NCBI GenBank assembly: GCA_963834855.1
Contig: CAWIDH010000031.1
Coordinates: 42,779 to 106,778, forward strand
Reading direction: 5' to 3'
Length of the DNA: 64,000 nucleotides
Source of the DNA: an uncultured Gammaproteobacteria bacterium
GTDB lineage: Bacteria > Pseudomonadota > Gammaproteobacteria > Steroidobacterales > Steroidobacteraceae
Position numbers and translations under genes: made by a program. Positions 38,342-48,800 of the stretch are shown piece by piece. The notes beneath the pieces are model-generated. The model had not been told where the DNA came from. It was given only the letters and a program-made list of their open reading frames with translations, and did no database searches. Position 1 is the first letter of the stretch, and every line of letters begins with the position of its first letter.

Positions 38342-40702
38342 TTGGGTAGGTTCCGGGGAGGGAACATTCGTAGGCGTCTCCTGCTGTCCACCGGCCTTCT
38401 CTTGGCCGGGCTCGTGCTGGCGGGCTGCGCATCGCAGGAAACACCCGAGCCCTCCGCGTCGGCGCCCGACAGTGAACCTGCAGGCACGACCCCAAGTGAC
38501 TCGCCATCGCCCGCCGCTCCAGCCCCTGCTGCCCCCGCAGCCGGCACCATCGCGATTTCTCTTCCGAATTCGGGTACGTGCACACGACTAACATCCGAAT
38601 TGCCGCAAAGAATGTGGGAGACCGCCGCCACATTCGATCCTGAAACCGGTGAACTAGTACACCACGGTGGGCACGTCAAATACGAACAAAGCAGCTACAC
38701 CTATCTTTATCATCCTGATAACGGAACCATCAGACGCGCGAAGCCACGACGGACACCGCCGCGAGCGTGCTTACAGGATGGTGCGTATGCTGAATCGCGC
38801 AGAGTTTCGGTCTTTGCGCACGGACTATCAGGCCATGGCTCCATGCCACCCGGTGAATTCAAAAATGGAATTTACACTTCCCTAAAAATCGCCGACGAAA
38901 CCGGACCCTGGCTTTACGACAGTGCCAAGGACAATTTCGAATATGCCCGTACCGTCGGTAATCGCTTTACCTCTTTCTATCATGCGCCGATGGCCTACGA
39001 TGCAAGTAGCGATGTTGTGTATTCACTCGGTGAAACTGAACTCTTCATTTATTCGGTGCAATTGAATAGGGTCTTTCGTCGGGCTTTACCGATCGAATTG
39101 CACCGCCGTCGCAACTATGGCGCGGCCGTTGACCCGATTCATCGCAAGCTGGTGATCTTCGGCGGGGTATCGCCGACACAATGGCAATACATCAGGAATG
39201 ATCGCGGATTACCCGACAGCGAATTTCAGAATCACGTCATGAAAGACACCTGGATGTATCGTCTTGAAGACGACACCTGGGAAAAACTACCGCAAACCGT
39301 CCAACCGCCCCGCGGGTACCCTGGTTCTGACTTCATCAAATACATGATGGTGTATGAACCACGTAACGGGAATATCCTCTTGCGGGTTACGCCCATTGAA
39401 GACGTCGTTTACGACCGTAGCCAATGGCCTCGCGCCGAGACCTGGGCCTTCAATGCCTATTCTCAACAGTGGAAAAAGCTGACGCTCAACGGCGAACCAC
39501 GCTTCCCAGGCTTGACGACTTATGATTCCAGGAATCATCGCCTGGTGATCATGGGCGGCGGCGACGATGTGGCGAAACAGAATAACGAGGGTGTACCGGC
39601 AAACTTGCGGCCCGCTACAAGCCGCGAACTCTTTGTTTGCGATTTGCCCACTCAGCCGGATGCTCTCCCGACGACCCATCCAAAGACAATAGATCTCTAT
39701 ACGCGCAAGACCACAATCACTGATCCAAAGACTGGCATTAAGAGAACTGAGTATTCAAATCAACTGGAATGGTCAGCACAAGCCGGTCAGAGCTACACGA
39801 TTTATCGTGCCGAAGCCAATCCGCTGCCGGGAACCTTTGAGAAGATTGGGGCGGTAACTGCCAATACTTACATCGATCGCACTGCGCTCAATACCAAGGT
39901 TTATGCATATCGAGTGTCGCCCACTCAGCCTGTCGTAGAAAAACGAGTGTACTCAAACGTGGCTTTCGATCAGCCCAGCCGACCGGCTGGTCTAATGGCT
40001 TCAGTTGAAGGCGCGAACCTCGTCGAACTGCGCTGGGACAAAGCGACCGGCCCTGACTTTGCTGGTTACAATGTTTACCGTGCCCGCGGAAACGACGTGC
40101 GTATCGAAGGCGCCGGCGAGAGAATAAATTCCAGCTTGATCAACAGTCCCACCTACATTGATGCGACTGTTGATTTATCTGATTCGGTCGCTCGCTTTTA
40201 TTGGGTAACCACCGTCAATCAGGCCGGCAAAGAGAGTGGTCCAAGCCCTTACGCGATGACATTTCCGGATGCGCCCCTGGCGGCCAATATCGACCGACAC
40301 GAGACGCTGCCGGCACCAACCAACCAGATCAAGATCTGGTGGGAATGGCCTGAGGACATGAAGGTCAAGGGATTCAATGTTTACTTTGTTGATAATCACA
40401 TGAACACGCACGGTAAACCCGCCGAAGTGGTGAATGCGTGGTATGCCTCATGGGCCAAAGCCAACTCGGCACCGATCGTGAAACTGAGTACGAGGACCGC
40501 CGCACCGGGACACCTCAGTTACGAATACACCTTCACCATTCCCGCTGACAGCACCGCTCCACATTATTACTTCTTCGTTCGTGCGGTGAACCTATTGGGA
40601 CAAGAGGGACAGAAGACCGACATTCTTTCGAGAACATCAGATGCGTTCGGTCCGCACATCAGCGACCAATGGGGACCTGGCACACAGCGGGCTCAGTTTT
40701 GA
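38342..40702 (+). CDS. low-GC lipoprotein with a Kelch-like beta-propeller region and three FN3-like modules
   Basis: Open frame 38153..40702. The only sensible start before the signal peptide is TTG at 38342 (MGRFRGGNIRRRLLLSTGLLLAGLVLAGC, lipobox LAGC). A Pro/Ala/Ser linker follows. Propeller-like blocks include KLVIFGG and RLVIMGGGD. FN3-like blocks include YTIYRAE...YAYRVSP, LRWDKATGPDFAGYNVYRA...YWVTTVNQAGKESGPS, and IWWEWP...FNVYFV...FFVRAVNLLGQEG. Confidence 0.7.
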   Translation: MGRFRGGNIRRRLLLSTGLLLAGLVLAGCASQETPEPSASAPDSEPAGTTPSDSPSPAAPAPAAPAAGTIAISLPNSGTCTRLTSELPQRMWETAATFDPETGELVHHGGHVKYEQSSYTYLYHPDNGTIRRAKPRRTPPRACLQDGAYAESRRVSVFAHGLSGHGSMPPGEFKNGIYTSLKIADETGPWLYDSAKDNFEYARTVGNRFTSFYHAPMAYDASSDVVYSLGETELFIYSVQLNRVFRRALPIELHRRRNYGAAVDPIHRKLVIFGGVSPTQWQYIRNDRGLPDSEFQNHVMKDTWMYRLEDDTWEKLPQTVQPPRGYPGSDFIKYMMVYEPRNGNILLRVTPIEDVVYDRSQWPRAETWAFNAYSQQWKKLTLNGEPRFPGLTTYDSRNHRLVIMGGGDDVAKQNNEGVPANLRPATSRELFVCDLPTQPDALPTTHPKTIDLYTRKTTITDPKTGIKRTEYSNQLEWSAQAGQSYTIYRAEANPLPGTFEKIGAVTANTYIDRTALNTKVYAYRVSPTQPVVEKRVYSNVAFDQPSRPAGLMASVEGANLVELRWDKATGPDFAGYNVYRARGNDVRIEGAGERINSSLINSPTYIDATVDLSDSVARFYWVTTVNQAGKESGPSPYAMTFPDAPLAANIDRHETLPAPTNQIKIWWEWPEDMKVKGFNVYFVDNHMNTHGKPAEVVNAWYASWAKANSAPIVKLSTRTAAPGHLSYEYTFTIPADSTAPHYYFFVRAVNLLGQEGQKTDILSRTSDAFGPHISDQWGPGTQRAQF

Positions 40703-40749
40703 GGTAGGCGGCGCTGGCGATGGAGCGGCTGCCGCGCGAGGCGCGTTCC

Positions 40750-42747
40750 TCAGCCGCGACGGAGCAGCTCGCGATACCGCGAGTCGTCCGCGAGGCTCGA
40801 CATGTTCCAATCGTGGCGCGCCCACCACGCGTGACGCCAACCGCGGGCGATGGCCTCGTCGAGCCCTTGCAGAGCGAGATCGCTACGTCCCAGCACCGCG
40901 TGAGCGCTCACCGCCCAGTACGAGAGACTCATGTTCACGATCCCTTGAGACCGGACATCCTCGAGTTGCGCGAGCAGCTGCTCCAGGCCGTGCCGCCCGC
41001 TTTCCTCGCCGGCAACGACTCGCAAGTGAGCATGGTTGACGATATGCGGCAACCGCCAGACCCAGTTGTCGTTGATGGCATCGTCGATGGCGAGGCGGGT
41101 GTCAGGCGCCTGCAGGTCGTAAAGCGCCCGAGCCGCTTCCAGGTTGCCGAGTGCCAGATGGGCCTGCGCGCGCTGTGAGGGTGAGTAGCTGCGGTCGGTC
41201 TGGCCGTCCGCGATGCGCGCCAGCTCGGAACGGTCGTCGCGCACGATGCGCAACGCGACCGCGAGGTCCGAATCGTAGGCATTGTCGGGGGAGCTGCGAC
41301 ACGCCGACTCGATCAAGGCAGCGGCTGCCTCATCCTCCCCGGCCTGCAGCAGCACGAGGCCTTTGCGGGCGAGATAGAATGCGCGCGTCGGAGCGCGCTC
41401 GATGGCCTGGTCGATCCAGCGCAGCGCATCCCCAAGCGCGCCGCGCGTCGAATTGAGCTTCGCCATGCCGGAGTACGGCACGGCGAACCCGGGGTCGATC
41501 TCGATCGCCGCCGCGAACCGGGCCGCCGCCTCGGTCTCATCGCCGAAGCGCAGTACATCGAAACCCGCGTTCGTATTGGCGATCGGCGACAGGGGATCGA
41601 GCCGGAGCGCCTCGCGATTGCGCGCAGCCGCCTCGCGGTAGCGACCTTGCGCCGTCAGCACCAGGCCGAGCCACACGTGCGCCATCGTGTAGCCCGGGTT
41701 GAGCGCGAGCGCGCGCTCGAGGGCGGCTTCCGCCGCGACGAGATCGTCCTGGTTGTGGTGGATCAGCCCAAGCGACGCGTGCGCCTCGGCAAGGTCCGGC
41801 GCCAGTTCCAGCGCACGGCGGGCAGCGGGCAGCGCGTGCGTGATTGCGCGGGTCGCCGGCATGTTGCCGTAATAGCCCGCGCTCAGGAGCGTGTATGCGT
41901 CGGCGAGGCCCGAATACGCGAGGGCGTAACCGGAGTCGCGTTCGATGGCCTGCTCGAAGTAGGCCACCGCGCGTTCCAGCGATGCCTCCGTGCGCTTGTG
42001 GAAATGATGGCGGCCGAGCAGGTAGAGGTTGTACGCGTCCACGCTCTGCGTGGCTGGAGGCGATGGCGCACGCTCCTCGCCGGTCCTGCGCGGGCCGATG
42101 GCTGCAATGACGGCCGATGCCACTTCGCTCTGCAACCGGAAAATGTCATCCAGGCGTCGCTCGAAGGTCTCTGACCAGATCTGGTAGCCATCAGCGGCGC
42201 TCACGAGCTGGACATCGATGCGCACGGTGTCTGCCTGTTTGCGGACACCACCTTCGAGCACAGTCGCGACACTCAGTCGACGTCCGATCTCCCGCACGTC
42301 CTCGTGCCGGCCCTTGAACGCGAACGACGACGTGCGCGCCGCCACGCGCAGTCCCGGCACGCGCGCCAGTTGGTTGCGGATTTCCTCCGACAGGCCGTCC
42401 GAGAAGTACTCGTTCTCCACGTCCTGGCTCAGGTTCGCGAACGGCAGCACGGCGATCGAACTCTCGGGCGCGGCCGGCGGTGGATCCGCCGGCTCAGGCC
42501 GATCTGGCGTGCGCTCGATGCCGGAGGGAGTGATGTCGAACACCCACGCAAGCACCAGCGCAACCGGCAGCCCGACGGCCAATCCGGCGACGACGAAGCG
42601 CATGTACTGTGAGGCGTCGAACGCGTCGAGCAGGAGATCGACCGCCTGCGCCAGTATCCATGCACCCGCGATGTAGAAGACCGCGACTCGCACGACCCGG
42701 CGGCGCAGCAGTTCCTTCCAGAATCGTTTCGCATCCGGGTGCGCCAT
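40750..42747 (-). CDS. membrane-anchored TolB_N-like / TPR-repeat protein
   Basis: 665 aa. The N-terminal TM region is RVAVFYIAGAWILAQAVDLLL. SIAVLPFANLSQDVENEYFSDGLSEEI is the TolB-N/CsgG-like module common to this family. Multiple TPR-like helices follow. Confidence 0.75.
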   Translation of the reverse strand: MAHPDAKRFWKELLRRRVVRVAVFYIAGAWILAQAVDLLLDAFDASQYMRFVVAGLAVGLPVALVLAWVFDITPSGIERTPDRPEPADPPPAAPESSIAVLPFANLSQDVENEYFSDGLSEEIRNQLARVPGLRVAARTSSFAFKGRHEDVREIGRRLSVATVLEGGVRKQADTVRIDVQLVSAADGYQIWSETFERRLDDIFRLQSEVASAVIAAIGPRRTGEERAPSPPATQSVDAYNLYLLGRHHFHKRTEASLERAVAYFEQAIERDSGYALAYSGLADAYTLLSAGYYGNMPATRAITHALPAARRALELAPDLAEAHASLGLIHHNQDDLVAAEAALERALALNPGYTMAHVWLGLVLTAQGRYREAAARNREALRLDPLSPIANTNAGFDVLRFGDETEAAARFAAAIEIDPGFAVPYSGMAKLNSTRGALGDALRWIDQAIERAPTRAFYLARKGLVLLQAGEDEAAAALIESACRSSPDNAYDSDLAVALRIVRDDRSELARIADGQTDRSYSPSQRAQAHLALGNLEAARALYDLQAPDTRLAIDDAINDNWVWRLPHIVNHAHLRVVAGEESGRHGLEQLLAQLEDVRSQGIVNMSLSYWAVSAHAVLGRSDLALQGLDEAIARGWRHAWWARHDWNMSSLADDSRYRELLRRG

Positions 42748-42909
42748 TCCGGCTATTGTCCGCGAGTCGCGCGCAAGCCGCGAGGGCGCCCTCGGTCACG
42801 CAGATCAGCACACCGACCTTCAATTCGACATCGACAGGCTGGGGGAATCGGTGTCACACTGACCAATCTCCAGGGAAGGATCCAGAGGCCATCCTTGGGG
42901 GGTTGGAAC

Positions 42910-45878
42910 GTGCAGCAAGCACGAATCGTGCTGTCCGGATTCTGCGTTCTCGCCGGAATCACCTGCCAGCTCTCCGCGCGAGCTGACGACCAGGTACTCG
43001 AAGAAATCGTCGTCACCGGCTCGCGCATCCCTCGTCGCGACTTCGAGTCGGCGAGCCCGATCGTGTCGGTGCCCCAGGCGGCTTTCGAGCGCACCGGGTC
43101 CGCCACCGTCGAGACGACGCTGAATGCACTGCCGCAGTTCGTCCCGTCGCTCACCAGCACATCCAACATAGGCCCTGGCTCAGTCGCCGGCGGGGAGGCG
43201 AATGTCGACCTGCGCGGCCTCGGCACAGCACGCACGCTGGTCCTGGTGGACGGAATGCGGTTGATTCCGGGCAACGGCGACGGGGTCCCGGATCTCAACA
43301 TCATCCCCCCCGCCCTGATCGAGAGCGTCGAGATCATCACGGGCGGCGCGTCGGCGGTGTATGGATCGGATGCGATCAGCGGTGTCGTCAACCTCAAGCT
43401 GAAAAAAGAGTTCGAAGGCATCGAGTTCTCGGGGCGCTGGGGCCAGACCGACCGCGATGACGGCGAGCAATACGATCTTGCGTTGACCGCGGGAACGTCC
43501 TTTGCCGAGAGCCGCGGCCGGGTCATCGGGTTCGTCGGCCATTCGAGTCGCGAGCAGATCGATCGCGTCGCGCGGGACTTCGCCGTGGTCGATCTCGTCT
43601 ACAAGGGGTGGATCGACGCGCCTGAAGGTGAAATTGGCCCGGGCAACAATTACTTTGCCTTCGCAAAATATCTTTATTGAAGAGGGTCGCGTCGGTGGGG
43701 TCGACGCCGACGAAACAGTCTTCGAGAGCCTCTTCGAGGAGTCCTACGGCTACACCGTGTGCAGCTCGCCGACTGAAAGCGACGAATGCGTGCCCTACCA
43801 GGACGCTTTCGGCTTCAACACGGACGGGACACTGTTCACGACCGGCGACTTTATTCTTGCCGCCGGGCAGCGTGGCGAACTTCAAAGGCGAGATCGATCC
43901 TGCGCTCGAGAACGGCGGGCGGTTTTACGGTTACAACACCGCTCCGAGTTACGCGCTGCAGCTGCCGCTCGAACGTACCTCACTCTTCCTGGTGGGGAGT
44001 TTCGACCTCAACGAAGTCATCAACGTCTATGCGCAGGGGCTTTACACGGACTACACGGCGAATACTCAGGTGTCGCCTGTGCCGTTGCAGGACGTGACGA
44101 TGCCGGCGAGCAACCCTTTCATCCCACCCGACCTGAAGCGGCTGCTCGATGCGCGCCCGGATCCGGCGGCACCCGTGGACTTCCAGAAACGGATGACGGA
44201 AATCGGACCGCGCATCCAGGAGAACCAGTCCGACACGTACCAGGTCACCGTCGGCGTGCGTGGCACGGTTCTCGGCGACTGGAGCTTCGATGCCTACGCG
44301 CAGCACGGCGAGAGCGACCAGACGATGAAGCAGTCCGGCGCCGTGCGCCGCTCGAAGGTCGAGGAGCTGACCTACGCCCCGGACGGTGGGCAATCGCTCT
44401 GCGCCGGCGGCTTCAATCCGTTCGGTATTGGCGCGCTGTCCGCCGAATGCGCCGCTTATGTCTCGGTCAACTCCGTGTCCACGGAAAGTATCCGGCAGAC
44501 CGTCGCCGAGGCGTCGGTAGGCGGAAGACTGCTGACGCTGCCGGCCGGAGACTTGGGAACCGCGTTCGGCGTGATGTATCGCAACGATAGCTACCAGTTC
44601 CGCGCCGACGACCTTCTCCGCACGTTCCTGCCCGACGGCCGTGCCGACAACGCAGGCGGCAACGCGTCCGACAATATCGACGGCGGGGACCACAACGTCG
44701 ACCTCTACGCCGAGGCGCTGGTGCCGGTTCTCGCGGACAGGCCGGGCGTGCGCTCGCTCGAGGCCGGCTTCGGTTATCGCCGTTCTGACTATGCGATGGA
44801 TCGGCGTGCCGATACCTGGAAGGCCGAGCTCATCTACCAGCCGGTCGAGAGACTGCTGACTGCGAGGCTCGTACCAGCGTGCCACCCGGGTGCCGAGCAT
44901 CGACGAGCTCTATAGCCCACAGGTGCCGGTCTTGGTCGACATCGGGCAGCTGGATCCCTGCAGTTTCAATAGTGATGAGCGCGAAGGCCCGGATCGCGCC
45001 AGCGTCGAGGCGCTTTGCCTCGCACAGGGCCTCCCGGCCGCGCTGCTGCCGGACTTCGCGACTCGCCATCTTTGTGGAGGGAGTGTCTGGGGGCAATCCG
45101 GATCTCGAGCCCGAGGATGCGACGACCCAAACGCTGGGCGTCGTGTTCGGCTCGCCAGTCGATTCCCGGCTCTGGTCGGACCTGCAGGTGTCGCTGGACT
45201 GGTACCAGATCAAAATCGAGGACGTGATCACTTTCGTGTCCGCCGAGGAGTTCATCTTCAACTGCTACGACCCCGCATTCAATCCCGAGTACGCCGCCAG
45301 TAACCGCTGGTGCTCGAATTTCGGGCGCGATGCCGATTCAGGGGAGATCGTCGACACGATCGAGATCAACCAGAACCTTGCCGTGCTGGAGACGTCCGGG
45401 ATCGACCTGCAGCTCAACTGGAACATCGACGTCGGGCGCGGTGAACTGGGGGTCGCGTGGTACGTCGGATGGGTCGATTCGTTCGAGCGGCAATCGGATC
45501 CGGACGTCGCGGGCGAAGAGCAGGTCGGCACGATCGGCGGCTTCGCCGGCGCGTATGCCGAATGGAAGTGGAACTTCGAATTGAGCTACGCCGTCGGCGG
45601 CCTCGGCCTGAACGGCGTCTGGCGCTACGTCGACTCGATGCACGACATAAATTTCCCGGAGTACGAGACTATCTCAATACGATTGCTTCGATCTCTACGC
45701 GAGCTACACGGTCAAGGACGGTCCGCTGGGCGGCATCATCCTGAGCGCCGGTATCGAGAACCTGACGGACGAGGACCCGCCGATCTTTCCGACCTGGTCG
45801 AATGCGAATACGGACGCCTCGCAGTACGACGTCCTCGGTCGCCGCTTCTTCGTCAGCGTCCGCTATTCCACATTCTGA
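42910..45878 (+). pseudogene. TonB-dependent receptor (core copy 1), about 5 frame breaks (near 43665, 43855, 44865, 45060, 45680)
   Basis: GTG at 42910 (signal peptide ...CQLSARA, LEEIVVTGSR). Pieces lie in the frames of ORFs 42739.., 43502.., 43677.., 44890.. and 44879.., plus a final unlisted frame ending DVLGRRFFVSVRYSTF-stop at 45878. Confidence 0.85.
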
Positions 45879-48800
45879 AGCTGCGCATCAGCGCGCACTC
45901 CGATGTAGGCGGCTGCGACCTCCGGCATCATCCCCTCGCGCGCGAGCAGACGGGCGAGCGTGGCGCGGCGATAGCGCCAGTCTTCCCATGCGTCGTCTGG
46001 CCAGTCTTCAATCTGGGCGCGCTGGGCAGCGGCGGCGTAGGAAGCGAAGGCCTTGAGCAGGAGTGCGTTCTTCTTCTGCGGCGAGCTCTCGGTAACGGCG
46101 GCCGCCTCGTCGCGCTCGCCGAATCGTGCGAGCGCATTGGGCTCGCCGATATCGGCGCCCTTTCGATACCAGGACCAGGCCTTCGATGGGTCCGGCTGAC
46201 GTGCAACAGGCGTCGCCGCGCCCGCGCCCGGAACTCCCTGCTCGTAGAGCTGGCCCAGCTCGAATGCAGCGATCGGCACGCCGTCCTCGCCAGGCCTTTT
46301 CGTAGAGCGAAACCGCGCGGCCGGGATCGGGCGTTCCGGCGGACGCATCGGCGAGCAGGCCTGCCAGATCGACTTGCGCGGCACGATAACCGCCCGACAC
46401 TGCGCGCTCGAACTCTTGTCGCGCGCCCTTCAGATCGCGCTTCGCGACCAATGCGCGGCCCAATTGATAGGCCAGTCGCGGTGCAGTTCCCGACTCCGCG
46501 ATTTCCTGCGTACAGGCATCGCCGGCAGAGTCAGCGGAGATCTTCCCTTGTGCGACGCCCGACGCCCGACGATCGGGATCGTAGGGCGCTGCAGCCGCGG
46601 AATCGCATTTCGAGGCATCGTCGGGCCAGGCCCTGACCCGCGCATCCCGCGGCAGGCCCAACCGGGACCGCTCCAGCTCCGAGAGCTCGTCGATTTTCGC
46701 AGCCTGTGACCACGCAATCTGTGTGTCCAGGTCCGCGGCAACGTCCGCGTCCCAGATGCGCGCGGTTCCGTCCTGCGAGGCGGTGACGATGCGCCGGCCA
46801 TCGGGGGACCATGCGGCCGACCAGACGACCTCGCCATGGCCGGAGAGGACGGCGAGCTGCACGCCGCTGTCCGCATTCCAGATGCGCACCGTCCGGTCCT
46901 CGCCGGCGGTGACGATGTGCCGCCCATCGGGCGAGAACGCGGCACGTCATAACGGCCTTGCCATGGCCGGAGAGGACGGTGAGTGGCTTGCCCGTGTCCG
47001 CGTCCCAGATGCGCGCGGTCAGGTCGTCGGAGGCAGTGACGATGCGCCGCCCGTCGGGCGAGTACGCGGCGGAGTGGACCCCATCGCGATGGCCGGTGAG
47101 CATGTTGACTTGCCGGGCGGTGTCCGCGTCCCAGATGCGCGCGGTCCAGTCAAAGGAGGCGGTCACGATGCGCCGCCCGTCGGGCGAGAACGTGGCGGTG
47201 CGGACGTTGGCGGCTCCACGAGCCGAGGCGCCCTCGCCATGGCCGGACAGGACGGCGAGCGGCTTGCCCGTGTCCGCGTCCCAGGTGCGCGCGGTAGAGT
47301 CGTTGGAGGCGGTGACGATGCGCCGCCCGTCGGGCGAGAACGCCGCGCTGGCGAAAGTACCGCTACCGCCAGGCACGTCGTGATGGCCGGAGACGACGGC
47401 GAGCGGCGCGCCCGTATCCGCGTCCCAGGTGCGCGCCGTCCAGTCGTTGGAGGCGGTGACGATTCGCCGCCCGTCGGGCGAGTACGCGGCGCTGCGGACT
47501 TGAACGTCATGGCCGGAGATTTCGGCGATCGGCCTCGCCGTGGCCGCATCCCAGGTGCGCGCGGTCCCGTCCATGGAGGCGGTGACGATGCGCCGCCCGT
47601 CGGGCGAGTACGCAGCGGTCTGGACCGAATCGCCATGGCCGGTGAGCATGTCGAGTTGCCCGGCCGCGTCCGCGCCCCAGATGAGCGCGGTGCGGTCAAA
47701 GGAGGCGGTCACGATGCGCCGCCCGTCGGGCGAGAACGCGGCGCTGCGAACGACGACGCTATGGCCGGCGAGGACGGCGAGCTGCGTGCCCGTCTCCGCG
47801 TCCCAGATGCGCGCGGTCTTGTCCTCGCCGGCGGTAACGATGCGCCGCCCGTCGGGCGAGAATGCGGCGCCCAGGACACCACCGCCGAACCCGCCTGGGC
47901 CATGGCCTGAGAAGACGGTGAGCGGCTTGCCCGTATCCGCGTCCCAGGTGCGCGCGGTTCCGTCCATGGAGGCGGTGACGATGCGCCGGCCATCCGGCGA
48001 GAACGCGGGTGACATGACGGACGTCGTCGTGACCGGAGAGTGTGGCGAGCGGCCTGCCCGTAGCCGCGTCCCAGGTACGCGCGGTCCCGTCCTGGGAGGC
48101 GGTGACGATGCGCCGGCCATCCGGCGAGAACGCGGCACCCAGGACGCCCTCGTCGTGGCCGGAGAGGACGGTGAGCTGCTCGCCGCTGGCCGCGTCCCAG
48201 ATGCGCGCGGTCTGGTCGTCGGAGGCGGTGAGGATGCGCCGCCCGTCGGGCGAGAACACCGCGGAGAAGACACGATCGCCGTGGCCGGAAAGCACCGCGA
48301 GCTGCTTAGCTGTGGCCGCCTCCCAGACGCGCGCGGTCTTGTCGGCGGAAGCGGTGACGATGCGCCGCCCGTCGGGCGAGAACTCGGCCCAGATGACGGC
48401 ATCGACATGGCCGGAGAGCACGGCGAGCTGCTTAGCCGTGGCCGCATCCCAGATGCGCGCGGTCTGGTCGTCGGAGGCGGTAACGATGCGCCGCCCGTCG
48501 GGCGAGTACGAGGCGAACGGCACGCCACCGTCATGGCCGGAAAGTACGGCCAGCCTGGTGTCGGCCGCGCGCGCTTCCTGGAACACGTTGATTGCCGAGG
48601 CGGACCGCGCACTCGGGTTCGCGAGGACTTCGACGATGATTGCCTGCGCGCCCGGAACGTCGCCGTCCGCCAGATGCCGGGCCGCCGTGTCGGTGACCAA
48701 CCGCAGCTGGGCCGCCAGCGCCCGTTGCGCCTGGGACTCGGCCTCATGCTGCTTTCGCAAGGCGATCAAACCGGCTCCGGAGGCAAGCAGCGCAAGAACG

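Noticed and set aside
46745-48560. A regularly spaced repeat array that could be mistaken for a CRISPR locus.
   Set aside because: The period is 126 nt with no repeat/spacer alternation. The whole unit is in-frame coding sequence (WD40). No cas genes are present and there is no AT-rich leader.
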